The notes beneath the pieces were generated by a model. That model was not told the DNA's origin, searched no databases, and saw nothing but the letters and a program-made list of their open reading frames with translations. This document shows, one piece after another, positions 1-8,798 of a stretch of 64,000 nt of DNA (position 1 is the stretch's first letter; each line of letters begins with the position of its first letter). This DNA is from Macrostomum lignano. Lineage: Eukaryota. The stretch is taken from assembly GCA_002269645.1 (NCBI GenBank), contig NIVC01003267.1, positions 1 to 64,000 of the forward strand, written 5' to 3'. A program made the translations under genes and the position numbers.

Positions 1-588
1 GTTCTCGACGAATCAAAACGTCTGATGTACCAGTTCTTCTATGGCATGAAGCAGCAGTACAAGGATAAAATGAAACTCTTGTACACCGACACAGACAGTT
101 TTATTATGGAAATTCAAACAGAAGACATTTATCAGGACATGCTGCAGCAAAAGATTTGTTTGACTTGTCTGAGTATGATGAATCTTCAGGACACAGAATG
201 GCGATCAAGTGTTTGACGCACTAACAAGAAAGTGATTGGGAAAATGAAGGACGAGATTGCTGGTGACATAATCACTGAATTCATTGGTTGAGAGCAAAGT
301 CCTATTTTGTAAAATGTGAGTCGTCAGACCCAATAAAAAAATCAAAGGGAATTCCGAAACGCGTCGTTAGGAAGGAAATTAATGAAGCTGAATACAGAGA
401 CGCCTTGAATTGCAACAAAAAGACATCACATGAGTTCTCAAAGCTACAATCAAAAACCATATTATTCACACAATTCGCAAAAGAAGATTGGGCTGTCAGG
501 TGCAGATAACAAGAGATTCATTTTTGATGACAATATCAACAGTCTACCGTTCGGGCACTGGAGGTTAGGTTTAGGAGGTGGAGATTAA
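1..588 (+). pseudogene. pPolB: Protein-primed family B DNA polymerase, C-terminal part, with several single-base frameshifts
   Basis: Motifs LLYTDTDSF, NKKVIGKMKDE, LRAKSY, KKSKGI and DNKRFI..SLPFGH are spread over different frames. Confidence 0.9.
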
Positions 589-661
589 GCTTAGGAGGTT
601 GGGTTTAGGAGGTGGAGGTTGGGTTTAGGTTTAAGATAAAGTTTAATAAACCTCATAAAAA

Positions 662-1063
662 ATGACAACAAATAACTTTCTCGAAGATTTGGCTAACGAA
701 CTGGAAATCCCAAACTTTAGAGGAATATTTATGAGGGACACTCTGCCTGATTTTCCTCTAAGAAAGGAATGCGGCATCATGAACTTTGACACCACCGATA
801 AGCCAGGATCTCATTGGGTTTGCTGGGTGATTGATCCCGATCGCAAGCACAAGTGTTATTACTTCGATAGCTATGGGACGGCAGTACCAGAAGAGCTAAG
901 AAATTATATGAAGGGGAAAAATAATAAAAAAATTTATCGCTCAGACTTTATTCTCCAAGGTCTTAGCAGTGATATTTGCGGTGAGCTGTGCATGACTGTT
1001 TTGTATGCAATGACCAAAACACGAAAGACCTACAAGGAAATTATTCTTGGCTGTGTTTCATAG
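662..1063 (+). CDS. Adenain/Ulp1-like cysteine maturation protease
   Basis: GSHWVCW (His), YYFDSYG (Asp) and Q..SDICGELC (Gln/Cys) in the order typical of Polinton proteases; 133 aa, open. Confidence 0.9.
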   Translation: MTTNNFLEDLANELEIPNFRGIFMRDTLPDFPLRKECGIMNFDTTDKPGSHWVCWVIDPDRKHKCYYFDSYGTAVPEELRNYMKGKNNKKIYRSDFILQGLSSDICGELCMTVLYAMTKTRKTYKEIILGCVS

Positions 1064-1066
1064 GGT

Positions 1067-1814
1067 TCATTGTGCATTCCTCGTCGTCCTTCTTGCCGAA
1101 TTTCTTGCCGAATTTTTCGCCGACTTTCTTTCCACATAATGTTGAAAAACTTTCTCGAGTTCATTTTTCAGCTGACTCATGTCATCAGTACCGACCATGT
1201 TCAAGTTCATTCGAATTGATTGTTCATAAAGATCCTGAATGGTTTTGAACTCATCCTCTGAAATGAACTTATCCTCGATTGCCCTTGAAATGTACCCTAT
1301 GATTGATGTGTGCACCCTTTCTCTTTTACTTGCTTCTCCTGTAGCTGCTTTAGTTTTTTTCGCCTGTTTCGCGCTACTGCTCCAGTAATTGCTGAAATAA
1401 GTCCACATGCAGCACCTACTGAACCAAGTGGAATTGCGATTGGGGCTGTGATGGCTGGCAACACTGAGACAGCTGCAGCAGATCCAGATAGAACAGACAC
1501 AGATCCTAGAATCATATTGCTGTAGTCGAAAAATTTACAGTGGTTGTCATAGCGCCTAATTTTCTTTGTGTTGTGGAAAATATTTTTTCAAGATCATCGC
1601 GCATTTTTTGAATCTCCACCAGTCGAAACTGTTGAGAGTTACAAGTAATGACGGGGTAAAGTCGGTCTGAATATTGAGGTGCATTCAGATTCGATGCATT
1701 CAGATTCGGTGCCAGGTTTTGTGTGTTCGAATTCGGTGCCATTGAGTTTGGTGCTGTCGGTATTTTAGGTTCAGCATATTGAGACTGATCGTATAGAGAA
1801 TTTTGTTGGGCCAT
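1067..1814 (-). pseudogene. Conserved Polinton membrane-active protein (GasderminX-like in adintovirus nomenclature), split by two frameshifts
   Basis: ORFs 1512-1814, 1297-1515 and 1067-1408 join into LYP..QQFRLVEI, a hydrophobic Gly/Ala hairpin (GSVSVLSGSAAAVSVLPAITAPIAIPLGSVGAACGLI) and ISRAIEDKFISEDEFKTI, matching the recalled family pattern. Confidence 0.7.
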
Positions 1815-2724
1815 TTTTTTCTCTAGAAAAAATAAAAAAAATTATAAAACTATCCGGTTGAAAGATCTGTTTTCTTTTTGATAATTCCATCTGCACCGCC
1901 GGTTGTCTAGGCGGCTCTCTTGACGCCGGAGGATCGCGAGTCCAGCAGGCAGCGGCTGGCGGCTGACGTTTGAGAGCGTGCCGGATTACTCCGTCGGGGT
2001 CCAGAGCTCCTTCTACTCGATCTGTAGACATGACCGGACGAGCAGCAGATTCTGCTTCATCAATAGCAATATCACGAAGATTGAGTGTTCTCTCCAGACG
2101 ATCAAGCCTCCTTATTATTTTACCCCAAGAGCTATACATTCCGTTTAGATAGCTACTGTGTGATACATCGTTTCTCTCTAATGCATCAAGTCTTTCTTTG
2201 ATTCGATCATGCAACGATGTTGACTGAGTCATGAACTCTTCTAAAGTATTGACTTTACCTGTGTTGGTTGCGACGTTTTCTTTAATTCTATCATGCAACG
2301 CTGTTGACTGGTTCATGAACTCTTCTAAATTATTTACTTTAGCTGTGTTTGTGAAAACTCCTCCTTCGAGAATACGCATCCGTCTATCAGTGGAATTTCC
2401 CAGAAGATTAACTGATGATCTCAAGCCGTTGATTAGCGAGACTATCGAAGTTATTTCTGACCTTAGTTCATTAGTTGCGTTTAACAACGGCGCATAAAGC
2501 TTATCACTTTCAAACTTCTGCCTAGCTACTTTAAGCCTGAGATCTTCCATGTTTATTTGCAACTGGTGCATGGAGCGCTCTAGGGCTTTCAGTCTGTTTT
2601 TATTCAGTTTGATCTCTGGGATCTTTTCGTCGCTGTTGATATATCGCCTGTCAAGGATGGATATCTGAGCTGATGTAAGAGCGCTGTTGCCAGAAATGGA
2701 TTCACCTGCAAAGTTTATCGACAT
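1771..2724 (-). CDS. Coiled-coil Polinton protein of unknown function (possible fibre or tape-like protein)
   Basis: 317-aa ORF with heptad periodicity and an internal duplication NT(A/G)KVN.LEEFM.QST.LHDRIKE; A-rich context before the ATG. Confidence 0.7.
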   Translation of the reverse strand: MSINFAGESISGNSALTSAQISILDRRYINSDEKIPEIKLNKNRLKALERSMHQLQINMEDLRLKVARQKFESDKLYAPLLNATNELRSEITSIVSLINGLRSSVNLLGNSTDRRMRILEGGVFTNTAKVNNLEEFMNQSTALHDRIKENVATNTGKVNTLEEFMTQSTSLHDRIKERLDALERNDVSHSSYLNGMYSSWGKIIRRLDRLERTLNLRDIAIDEAESAARPVMSTDRVEGALDPDGVIRHALKRQPPAAACWTRDPPASREPPRQPAVQMELSKRKQIFQPDSFIIFFIFSREKNGPTKFSIRSVSIC

Positions 2725-2740
2725 CTTTTAATAGCAAATT

Positions 2741-3541
2741 TTAAATTACAGTTCTTTTTTCTTTGCTGATAATCACAAACTGGTAAGGCTGATTCCACTT
2801 GTCATAGCAAAGATTAACGAATTCCTCTTGTGAAATCTTTCTGCTTGAGTTTTTTGTTGGATTTATGAAATAGGCAGGCGCAATGACCTCATTGTAAAAT
2901 CTTTTTAGCCTGTCCTGTGGAATGGTTGGAAACAGGAGAATCAGATTGCAGTTCCCACGAATTGTTTTGTTCGGGAGCTCGAACCAATTCTGTGCAATGT
3001 AAATTACATTGCAATTGTTATGTCGCCCTCTTGTAAAATAGTTTTCTATCTGCTTCTGTGGGCCTGTCATACAATCATCAAAGACGATCAAATGCTTTCT
3101 CCCCTTTTCTAGCTCATCTGGTTGGGGTAGAAGTTTGGTCTTTGGATCAGCCTGTGGATCTCCATAGGTGAACACTTTAATGTTCTGCCATTTTTCATTG
3201 TCTTTGAGGTGCTTTGCATATTCAGCAGCTACAATTTCAGGGTTACTGGGAAGGCTCATTTGGTTATTAAAACATGCAATAATGTCCTCTTTGTGCAGTT
3301 TGTTTTGCAATCCAGAAATCAACATTTTATACTCATCTTGATACAGTGTGGGAGAGTAGATGTGCAGAGTGTCATAGTCGATAAAGCCAGGTCTAAGAAG
3401 CATGTTAAAGACTCTGAATGTTTTACCTGAACCTGATGAACCAACAACAATGCATCTGAAGTGACTCGGAATTGACTCGTGATGAGAAAACTTAATCTGA
3501 TTACGCGTCCAGTGAGGATTGAAGTCGTTTGAAAAGTCCAT
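2741..3541 (-). CDS. A32/FtsK-like genome-packaging ATPase
   Basis: Walker A GSSGSGKT, Walker B LIVFDD and the FTRGRH..CNVIYIAQ motif; 266 aa, open. Confidence 0.95.
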   Translation of the reverse strand: MDFSNDFNPHWTRNQIKFSHHESIPSHFRCIVVGSSGSGKTFRVFNMLLRPGFIDYDTLHIYSPTLYQDEYKMLISGLQNKLHKEDIIACFNNQMSLPSNPEIVAAEYAKHLKDNEKWQNIKVFTYGDPQADPKTKLLPQPDELEKGRKHLIVFDDCMTGPQKQIENYFTRGRHNNCNVIYIAQNWFELPNKTIRGNCNLILLFPTIPQDRLKRFYNEVIAPAYFINPTKNSSRKISQEEFVNLCYDKWNQPYQFVIISKEKRTVI

Positions 3542-3580
3542 TTTTTCTATGATGAAAAAAAAATTTAAATAATAAATAAT

Positions 3581-3727
3581 TTAGATGTGTCATTTCGGGA
3601 CTTAGATGTGTCATTTTGGGACTTAGATGTGTCATTTTGGTACTTAATTGTGTCATTTCGGGACTTAGATGTGTCATTTCGGGACTTAGATGTGTCATTT
3701 TGGGACTTAGATGTGTCATTTCGGGAC
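3581..3727 (+). repeat. Seven copies of a 21-bp tandem repeat upstream of the ATPase gene
   Basis: Unit TTAGATGTGTCATTT(C/T)GGGAC starts at 3581, 3602, 3623, 3644, 3665, 3686 and 3707. Confidence 0.97.
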
Positions 3728-3754
3728 TAGTCTTGTACCCTCGGAAAGTACCCT

Positions 3755-4144
3755 TTAGTCAAATTTGAAACCACTTCCTTTTTTAATGCTAGCCCTCATC
3801 TTCTCATAGACTGCAGGGTCCACACTGTCTGGATTTGGGGCCAATGGAGCCAGCGGGGCCAGTGGAGGCTGAATCTCTTGTTTAGGTGTTACAGTATCCT
3901 TTATCTTTTTGGCTGCTGTGGCTACACTGCCAGCCGCTTCGGCAACGTTCTTGATGTTCTCTTTGTTCTCTCCAATGACCTTAAAAATCTTGGCCCCCTG
4001 AGCGATCAAATCGGCAAGGCCATTCCCAGAGCGTTCTTTTCTTGGATAGTGGCCTGCAGGGAAAAGTCCAGATCCGCGTTTAATGAGATTAAGTTCCTCT
4101 TTGTCGTAGTATTTGTCCACGTCTTTCTCAAAAATAATCGGCAT
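3755..4144 (-). CDS. Small basic putative core protein with GxG motifs
   Basis: Likely start MPIIFEK at 4144 after an A-run; contains KRGSGL, RSGNGL and C-terminal KKGSGFKFD. Confidence 0.7.
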   Translation of the reverse strand: MPIIFEKDVDKYYDKEELNLIKRGSGLFPAGHYPRKERSGNGLADLIAQGAKIFKVIGENKENIKNVAEAAGSVATAAKKIKDTVTPKQEIQPPLAPLAPLAPNPDSVDPAVYEKMRASIKKGSGFKFD

Positions 4145-4160
4145 TTTTACTTGAAATAAA

Positions 4161-5378
4161 TTATTTTTTGTTGAACCGCGAAAGCAGAAGCTCTCTCGCC
4201 CGTTTGTCAATATACTTCTTTTCCATCATTTTGTCCAGGATGTTGACAAATTCTTTTCTATTTTCATCTTTCATTCCGGTCTTTGCTGCTCCTAGAAGAA
4301 CCGCTACTCGCTTGTAGATTTCAGAAATTCCTTTTCCTGTTGAGGGCGGTTGGTCTTGGGGTTGTGGAGTTGGTTGGGCTTGTAGCTGCTGGGGAGGTGA
4401 TGCAAAAGACTGCTCACTTTCAGAGATGGAACTGTCATGTGGTGCCTGTCTTTGTTGAGGTGTGAAAACTCTTTGCTTGATTCTGTTCATTCGATCTGGA
4501 GAGTGTTGTTCTAAGTGTTGCCAGGCATCTGGGTGATCATTTTTATATTTAGCTACTTGAGTCGGATCTGCATTTTCCAGTTGCCTGAGTACTTCTGTGA
4601 AATGTTGCTGCTGCTGTGGTTGTGGTTGTTGTTGCTGTTGTTGTTCTAGATATTTTATGACTTCCGCCTGATCTGGCAAATCGAACCATTGTTTAAAGTG
4701 CTTGTACTTTTTGAATTTAGTCAGGTTGACACCGCTATCGTACATGTGTTTCAGAACTTCTGGGACCTTTAGTATTTCTATATCTCTAACAAGAGAAAAA
4801 GTCACTAGATTTCTGTAGTTCTTTAGCTGCTTCTCGGAGATTTTCTCTTGGTTCTTGGTCATAAAAGTCAGTAAGGTGTCTGTGAAAGGAATTTTCATAG
4901 TTTCTGAGCCTTTGACAACAGAAATATTTTCCTTATTTATGTCGATATAATATTCCACTGGTTCATTATAAATGTTTTTTCTCCACATACTTATTCCAAA
5001 TACATATTTCCCATCATGTTCGACACGCTCTACTGGTCCAAAAATATTATCTGTCACTTTTAGTTGCTGTTGTGGTTGTGATTGTTGTTGTGATTGTTGT
5101 GGTTGCGGTTGTGTCTGTGGTTGCGGCTGTATCTGTGGTGCTTCTGGAATTTTGCCCAAAACCTTTTGCACTTGGGTTTCCTGTATGTCGTCGATAGTTT
5201 CTTTGACCTGATCAATATTTTTCTTAGCTTCTCCATACCCGGGTTTATGAAACTCTGTGGCTGCTTGGACAAACTCATTGTAGGATTGTTGCTCCTTATT
5301 TATTAGCCCGGTAACTCGTTTCTCTGCTTGTGCCAGCTTCTCCAATTCAGATATTCGCTGTGTACTTTTTCGCTTCAT
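4161..5378 (-). CDS. Gln-rich Polinton protein with a conserved C-terminal helical domain (putative core protein)
   Basis: 405 aa, open. C-terminus GKGISEIYKRVAVLLGAAKTG..EFVNILDKMMEKKYI resembles the recalled Maverick motif (L..A..AGN..NE...ILD.L....I). Confidence 0.75.
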   Translation of the reverse strand: MKRKSTQRISELEKLAQAEKRVTGLINKEQQSYNEFVQAATEFHKPGYGEAKKNIDQVKETIDDIQETQVQKVLGKIPEAPQIQPQPQTQPQPQQSQQQSQPQQQLKVTDNIFGPVERVEHDGKYVFGISMWRKNIYNEPVEYYIDINKENISVVKGSETMKIPFTDTLLTFMTKNQEKISEKQLKNYRNLVTFSLVRDIEILKVPEVLKHMYDSGVNLTKFKKYKHFKQWFDLPDQAEVIKYLEQQQQQQPQPQQQQHFTEVLRQLENADPTQVAKYKNDHPDAWQHLEQHSPDRMNRIKQRVFTPQQRQAPHDSSISESEQSFASPPQQLQAQPTPQPQDQPPSTGKGISEIYKRVAVLLGAAKTGMKDENRKEFVNILDKMMEKKYIDKRARELLLSRFNKK

Positions 5379-5408
5379 TTCTTATTTTATTTTATTTTTA
5401 GTTAAAAA

Positions 5409-6695
5409 ATGAACGACCCACTGACACCAGTTTTCTACAAAATTAACAAGCCTATTTTGAGTGATGATAGCACAATCAAAGCGACTCAGGTAAGAGTTCC
5501 CAGTCAGGAAAATCAGAATGAAACTAATCTTGGTCCTGGCCAAACACTGACATTCACATACAATGGATGTTCGTCTTTGGTTAGTGTGCACAGTCTTAAG
5601 AGCGGCTTCCATATGACATTTCAATTCAAGACAAAAGGTGGTGCGGATGCGGCTCGTGCTAACGTTGACAAGCATGATGTGGATGTGGCTCTGATCAGTA
5701 ACTTTTGGGCGTACATGTTCAAGGAGTTTAGTGTATCGAATGGGAGCACTGAGTTGGAGCGAATCGCCAACTTTGGAATTGTCTATGACGCTCATTGTTT
5801 GATCGAGAATCCTGATTTTATTCAATTGGGAAGTGGTGCGGGTTTTATCGCAGATGAAAAAGAAGGAGACATCAATGACAGTGGCTATAAAAAGAGGAAG
5901 AAGAGATACAACTATGCATTGCAAGGTGCTGATGATGCTGCTAAGAACCCGCTGTATCGGTCTGTTGATGTATTTGTACCATTGAGATTCATGAGTGGAT
6001 TCTGTAATACATTTAATCGACTGACTAGTAACTTTAGCTACACATTTAGACTGACTAGAGATGATCGCAGTAGAGTGTTGTGGACTGGGGCGGACCACAC
6101 TGGGATGGCTGTGAAGCTAACCGGAATCGAGCTGTATTTGGAAGTCATTGAGCCAAAGACTGCACTAAAAGCAGACTATCTTAAGGCAATAGAGAAGGAC
6201 ATTGATGTTGCATACACGGCCTACATGTGTCGAGATGAGCGAAACGAAACTAGAACAAACATCTGCATCAAAGAGGGATCATGCAGCAATCCAAGGTATA
6301 TCATTATTAATATGAGAAACCCAAATAGCATTATACGCTACATGCATGGAGACGTGCGGTCCATTCAGCATGAAATCAGTGATAATCTTTACCCTGCACT
6401 GCCACAAAATGGAGATTTCAGTCAGAACAAGATTAGCAAATTTTACAGCGAGTTAGTCGACTTGGCTGTGAAAGAGAACAATGGAATTGCTATCACTGCT
6501 CTTCAATATGGAACTCTATATCCGATGTTTGGCGCTGATGTGTCTGCCAGACAAATGCCTACTGATAACAGCCCTGTGAATATCGTGACTAACATTGAAA
6601 GGACTGCCGCAACACCCGTGGACCTGTACATTGTCTATGCATTTGAGAGGAAGGTGAAGCTTAACATGATCAACAATTCATCCAGTAAAGTTTAA
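5409..6695 (+). CDS. MCP: Major capsid protein (double jelly-roll)
   Basis: 428-aa beta-rich ORF with LYPALPQNGDF..KFY and LYPMFGADVS motifs typical of Polinton MCP; adjacent to the minor capsid gene. Confidence 0.85.
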   Translation: MNDPLTPVFYKINKPILSDDSTIKATQVRVPSQENQNETNLGPGQTLTFTYNGCSSLVSVHSLKSGFHMTFQFKTKGGADAARANVDKHDVDVALISNFWAYMFKEFSVSNGSTELERIANFGIVYDAHCLIENPDFIQLGSGAGFIADEKEGDINDSGYKKRKKRYNYALQGADDAAKNPLYRSVDVFVPLRFMSGFCNTFNRLTSNFSYTFRLTRDDRSRVLWTGADHTGMAVKLTGIELYLEVIEPKTALKADYLKAIEKDIDVAYTAYMCRDERNETRTNICIKEGSCSNPRYIIINMRNPNSIIRYMHGDVRSIQHEISDNLYPALPQNGDFSQNKISKFYSELVDLAVKENNGIAITALQYGTLYPMFGADVSARQMPTDNSPVNIVTNIERTAATPVDLYIVYAFERKVKLNMINNSSSKV

Positions 6696-6718
6696 ATATT
6701 TTTTTGTGGGTGAAAAAA

Positions 6719-7582
6719 ATGGAAGCTATAGCCGAAAGACTAAACAACATTGTTTCACACTCTAAGGAGAGCATTCCTATTACAATAACCGGGCGAATTA
6801 ATGACTCAAACGGGATGTTTGTTGAAAAATTAGAGCAGGCGATTCGCCTGGATCCTGGCGCTAATTACCATGTCTATCTTAACGACTTCACTGGTTGGTC
6901 AAACGTTCCCAATGTGATGGCAGCAAATAATAAGTTTTATTACAAATGGAAAGGTGCAGCAGCAGACCCTGTGGTATTCCATGTGAGCACGCAAAGTGTG
7001 GATACCTACAATAACTTTCTAGAAAATGTCTTTACTAAGAGAGGCCATTTTGAGACACCTGATGCGAGTAAGCCAGAGAAGAAACTGTTCCCTGTCAAAC
7101 TAACCTATGATCTCACTGTAATGAGAGTGGTCATGCAAGTTCACAAAGATGCGGAGGTTGAGTTTAAAGATGACACTTGGTATAGGGAACTGGGATTCGA
7201 GAAGAAAGTTTATAAGGCAGAATCCGCGGCGCGGACCGCCACTCAAGCATCGGGGACCGTTAAAATGGCCCGGGAAAATGTAAGCGGTTTGTTCTTAGCA
7301 CCCAATATTGCAGACATTGTAAAGGGTTTGAATATTCTAATCAGAAGCAATCTCAGTCTTGATTGGGTATTTAAGGGAAAGCGAACGAATATTTTGTACA
7401 ACATCTCCAACTCTGTTGCTGGAGGACAGATGGTGGTAGAGAAACCAAATCCAGTGAAAAGAGTTGTATTGAGTAATAAGGAGATTCACGAGATTGTGCT
7501 ACAGTTTGAGACTGAAGATGGGATGGGCGTTGATTTTAATGGGGAAGAGTTTGTATTGACGTTGATCATTGAGAGAATGTGA
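6719..7582 (+). CDS. Minor capsid protein (penton, single jelly-roll)
   Basis: ATG at 6719; C-terminal EIVLQFETEDGMGVDFNGEEFVLTLII fits the Polinton penton pattern D.dG..vDF.Ge...l.l.i. Confidence 0.8.
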   Translation: MEAIAERLNNIVSHSKESIPITITGRINDSNGMFVEKLEQAIRLDPGANYHVYLNDFTGWSNVPNVMAANNKFYYKWKGAAADPVVFHVSTQSVDTYNNFLENVFTKRGHFETPDASKPEKKLFPVKLTYDLTVMRVVMQVHKDAEVEFKDDTWYRELGFEKKVYKAESAARTATQASGTVKMARENVSGLFLAPNIADIVKGLNILIRSNLSLDWVFKGKRTNILYNISNSVAGGQMVVEKPNPVKRVVLSNKEIHEIVLQFETEDGMGVDFNGEEFVLTLIIERM

Positions 7583-7850
7583 TTTTAAAATAACTTAATA
7601 TTTTATTTCAGTTCTATTTCGAATTTTTAGTATATTTTTTCTAGTCATATTACTTATTAATAGGCAACCTCACGCTTTTTAGACTGACCAAGCATTATTT
7701 TTTTTTCTAACCAGTATTTAGTGAAAGGATTGAAAACACAAAAGAAATCGGATACAAAAGGATAGTCTGTGCTCAGTCTATTGTTTTATTATGTCAAAAG
7801 TTGGTTAACTTCGCAAGTATTCGCACATAACAAACACAAGTCTGTCATTG

Positions 7851-7997
7851 GTCTTTCTCAGAAAAAAAGCTTTTTTTGCACAGTTGAATTCGTGCGAATT
7901 CCTGTTAAGACAGGAAATAGCGCGAATCCAACTGCGCACTAGTCTTTCTCAGAAAAAATGCTATTTTGCACAGTTGAATTCGTGCGAATTCCTGTTA
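7851..7997. repeat. Duplicated palindromic module with GAATTC-GTGC-GAATTC cores, forming a 60-bp imperfect hairpin
   Basis: GCACAGTTGAATTCGTGCGAATTCCTGT at 7878-7905 and 7968-7995; a diverged inverted copy at 7910-7937. Confidence 0.9.
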
Positions 7998-8000
7998 TGC

Positions 8001-8158
8001 ACATGATTTTTACGAACGTTCGTGAAAATCATGTAACCACTGAGAGCCGCTTTATGCTGCACATGATTTTTACGAAAGTTCGTAAAAATCATGTAACCAC
8101 TGAGAGCCGCTTTATGCTGCACATGATTTTTACGAACGTTCGTGAAAATCATGTAACC
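8001..8158. repeat. Three 60-bp tandem units, each with a 34-bp near-perfect palindrome; a fourth degenerate unit at 8398-8462
   Basis: ACATGATTTTTACGAA(C/A)GTTCGT(G/A)AAAATCATGT at 8001, 8061 and 8121; identical 26-bp linkers AACCACTGAGAGCCGCTTTATGCTGC. Confidence 0.97.
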
Positions 8159-8282
8159 AGTGGGAATCGAACCATGCGGGGCAGACTGAGACCGGTTTCG
8201 GGCTTGTTTGCCCTCGTCAGTCAGTCATAGCCACACGAGGTCGGCTCCACCTCTAGCCAGCTGAGTGGAACTGCTATTTATA
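8145..8282 (-). promoter_or_regulatory. Putative Pol III transcription unit around the hammerhead (TATA box, weak A box, perfect B box, T4 terminator)
   Basis: Minus strand: TATAAATA at 8282-8275, A-box-like TGGCTAGAGGTGG at 8259-8247, GGTTCGATTCC at 8173-8163 and TTTT at 8148-8145. Confidence 0.55.
8184..8226 (-). ncRNA. Type I hammerhead ribozyme with a minimal palindromic stem III
   Basis: Minus strand reads GACUGA-CUGACGA-GGGC-AAACAA-GCCC-GAA-ACCGGU-C-UCAGUC: complete catalytic core, perfect 6-bp stem I, perfect 4-bp stem II and a GUC cleavage triplet. Confidence 0.92.
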
Positions 8283-8798
8283 CGCCCTTGCACCAAGTCC
8301 TTGCCTTGCACATGGCGACATTTTCTAGTCCACCATGTGAGGAATTCGCGCCATGTTCAAATAGCTTTACTATCAGTAAGCTATCGCTTACAAATACGAG
8401 CCGCTTTATGCTGCACATGATTTTTACGAACGTTCGTCTAATTAATGTAACCAATAAGAGCCACTTTCGTGCGCTTTAAAAGATATATTTGCTTCAACCA
8501 ATAGATACAGCTTAAAGGACTACTGTAGACGAAAGAAACTTGCCAGTACAAATAAGAGTATATTACGAGTATTTTAACACACAGAATACGCTGAAAAATG
8601 TGAAGTAAAAGCCATCACTGTTTAACGTAGAGAATAATCATTCATAGTCAGTACTTCGTCTTCATCAGTTCAAGACCTCCGTTGTGGTCGCTTCGTCTTC
8701 TTCTATCTATGCCTAAAAAATTGTTTATTCGACTTGTATTGTTTGTTTGTACAAACTTTCTTTCAGAATTTGTTACAAAAAAAATGTTATGTATTTAC

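Noticed and set aside
5382-6098. 238-aa ORF antisense to MCP
   Set aside because: A shadow frame of the capsid gene with no motifs.
8001-8158. CRISPR-like reading of the palindromic 60-bp array
   Set aside because: The linkers are identical, there are no unique spacers or cas genes, and the context is a eukaryotic virus.
8150-8270. tRNA or tRNA-Sec gene (TATA box plus B box)
   Set aside because: No T-stem, acceptor stem or anticodon arm can be formed; the interior folds as a hammerhead instead.
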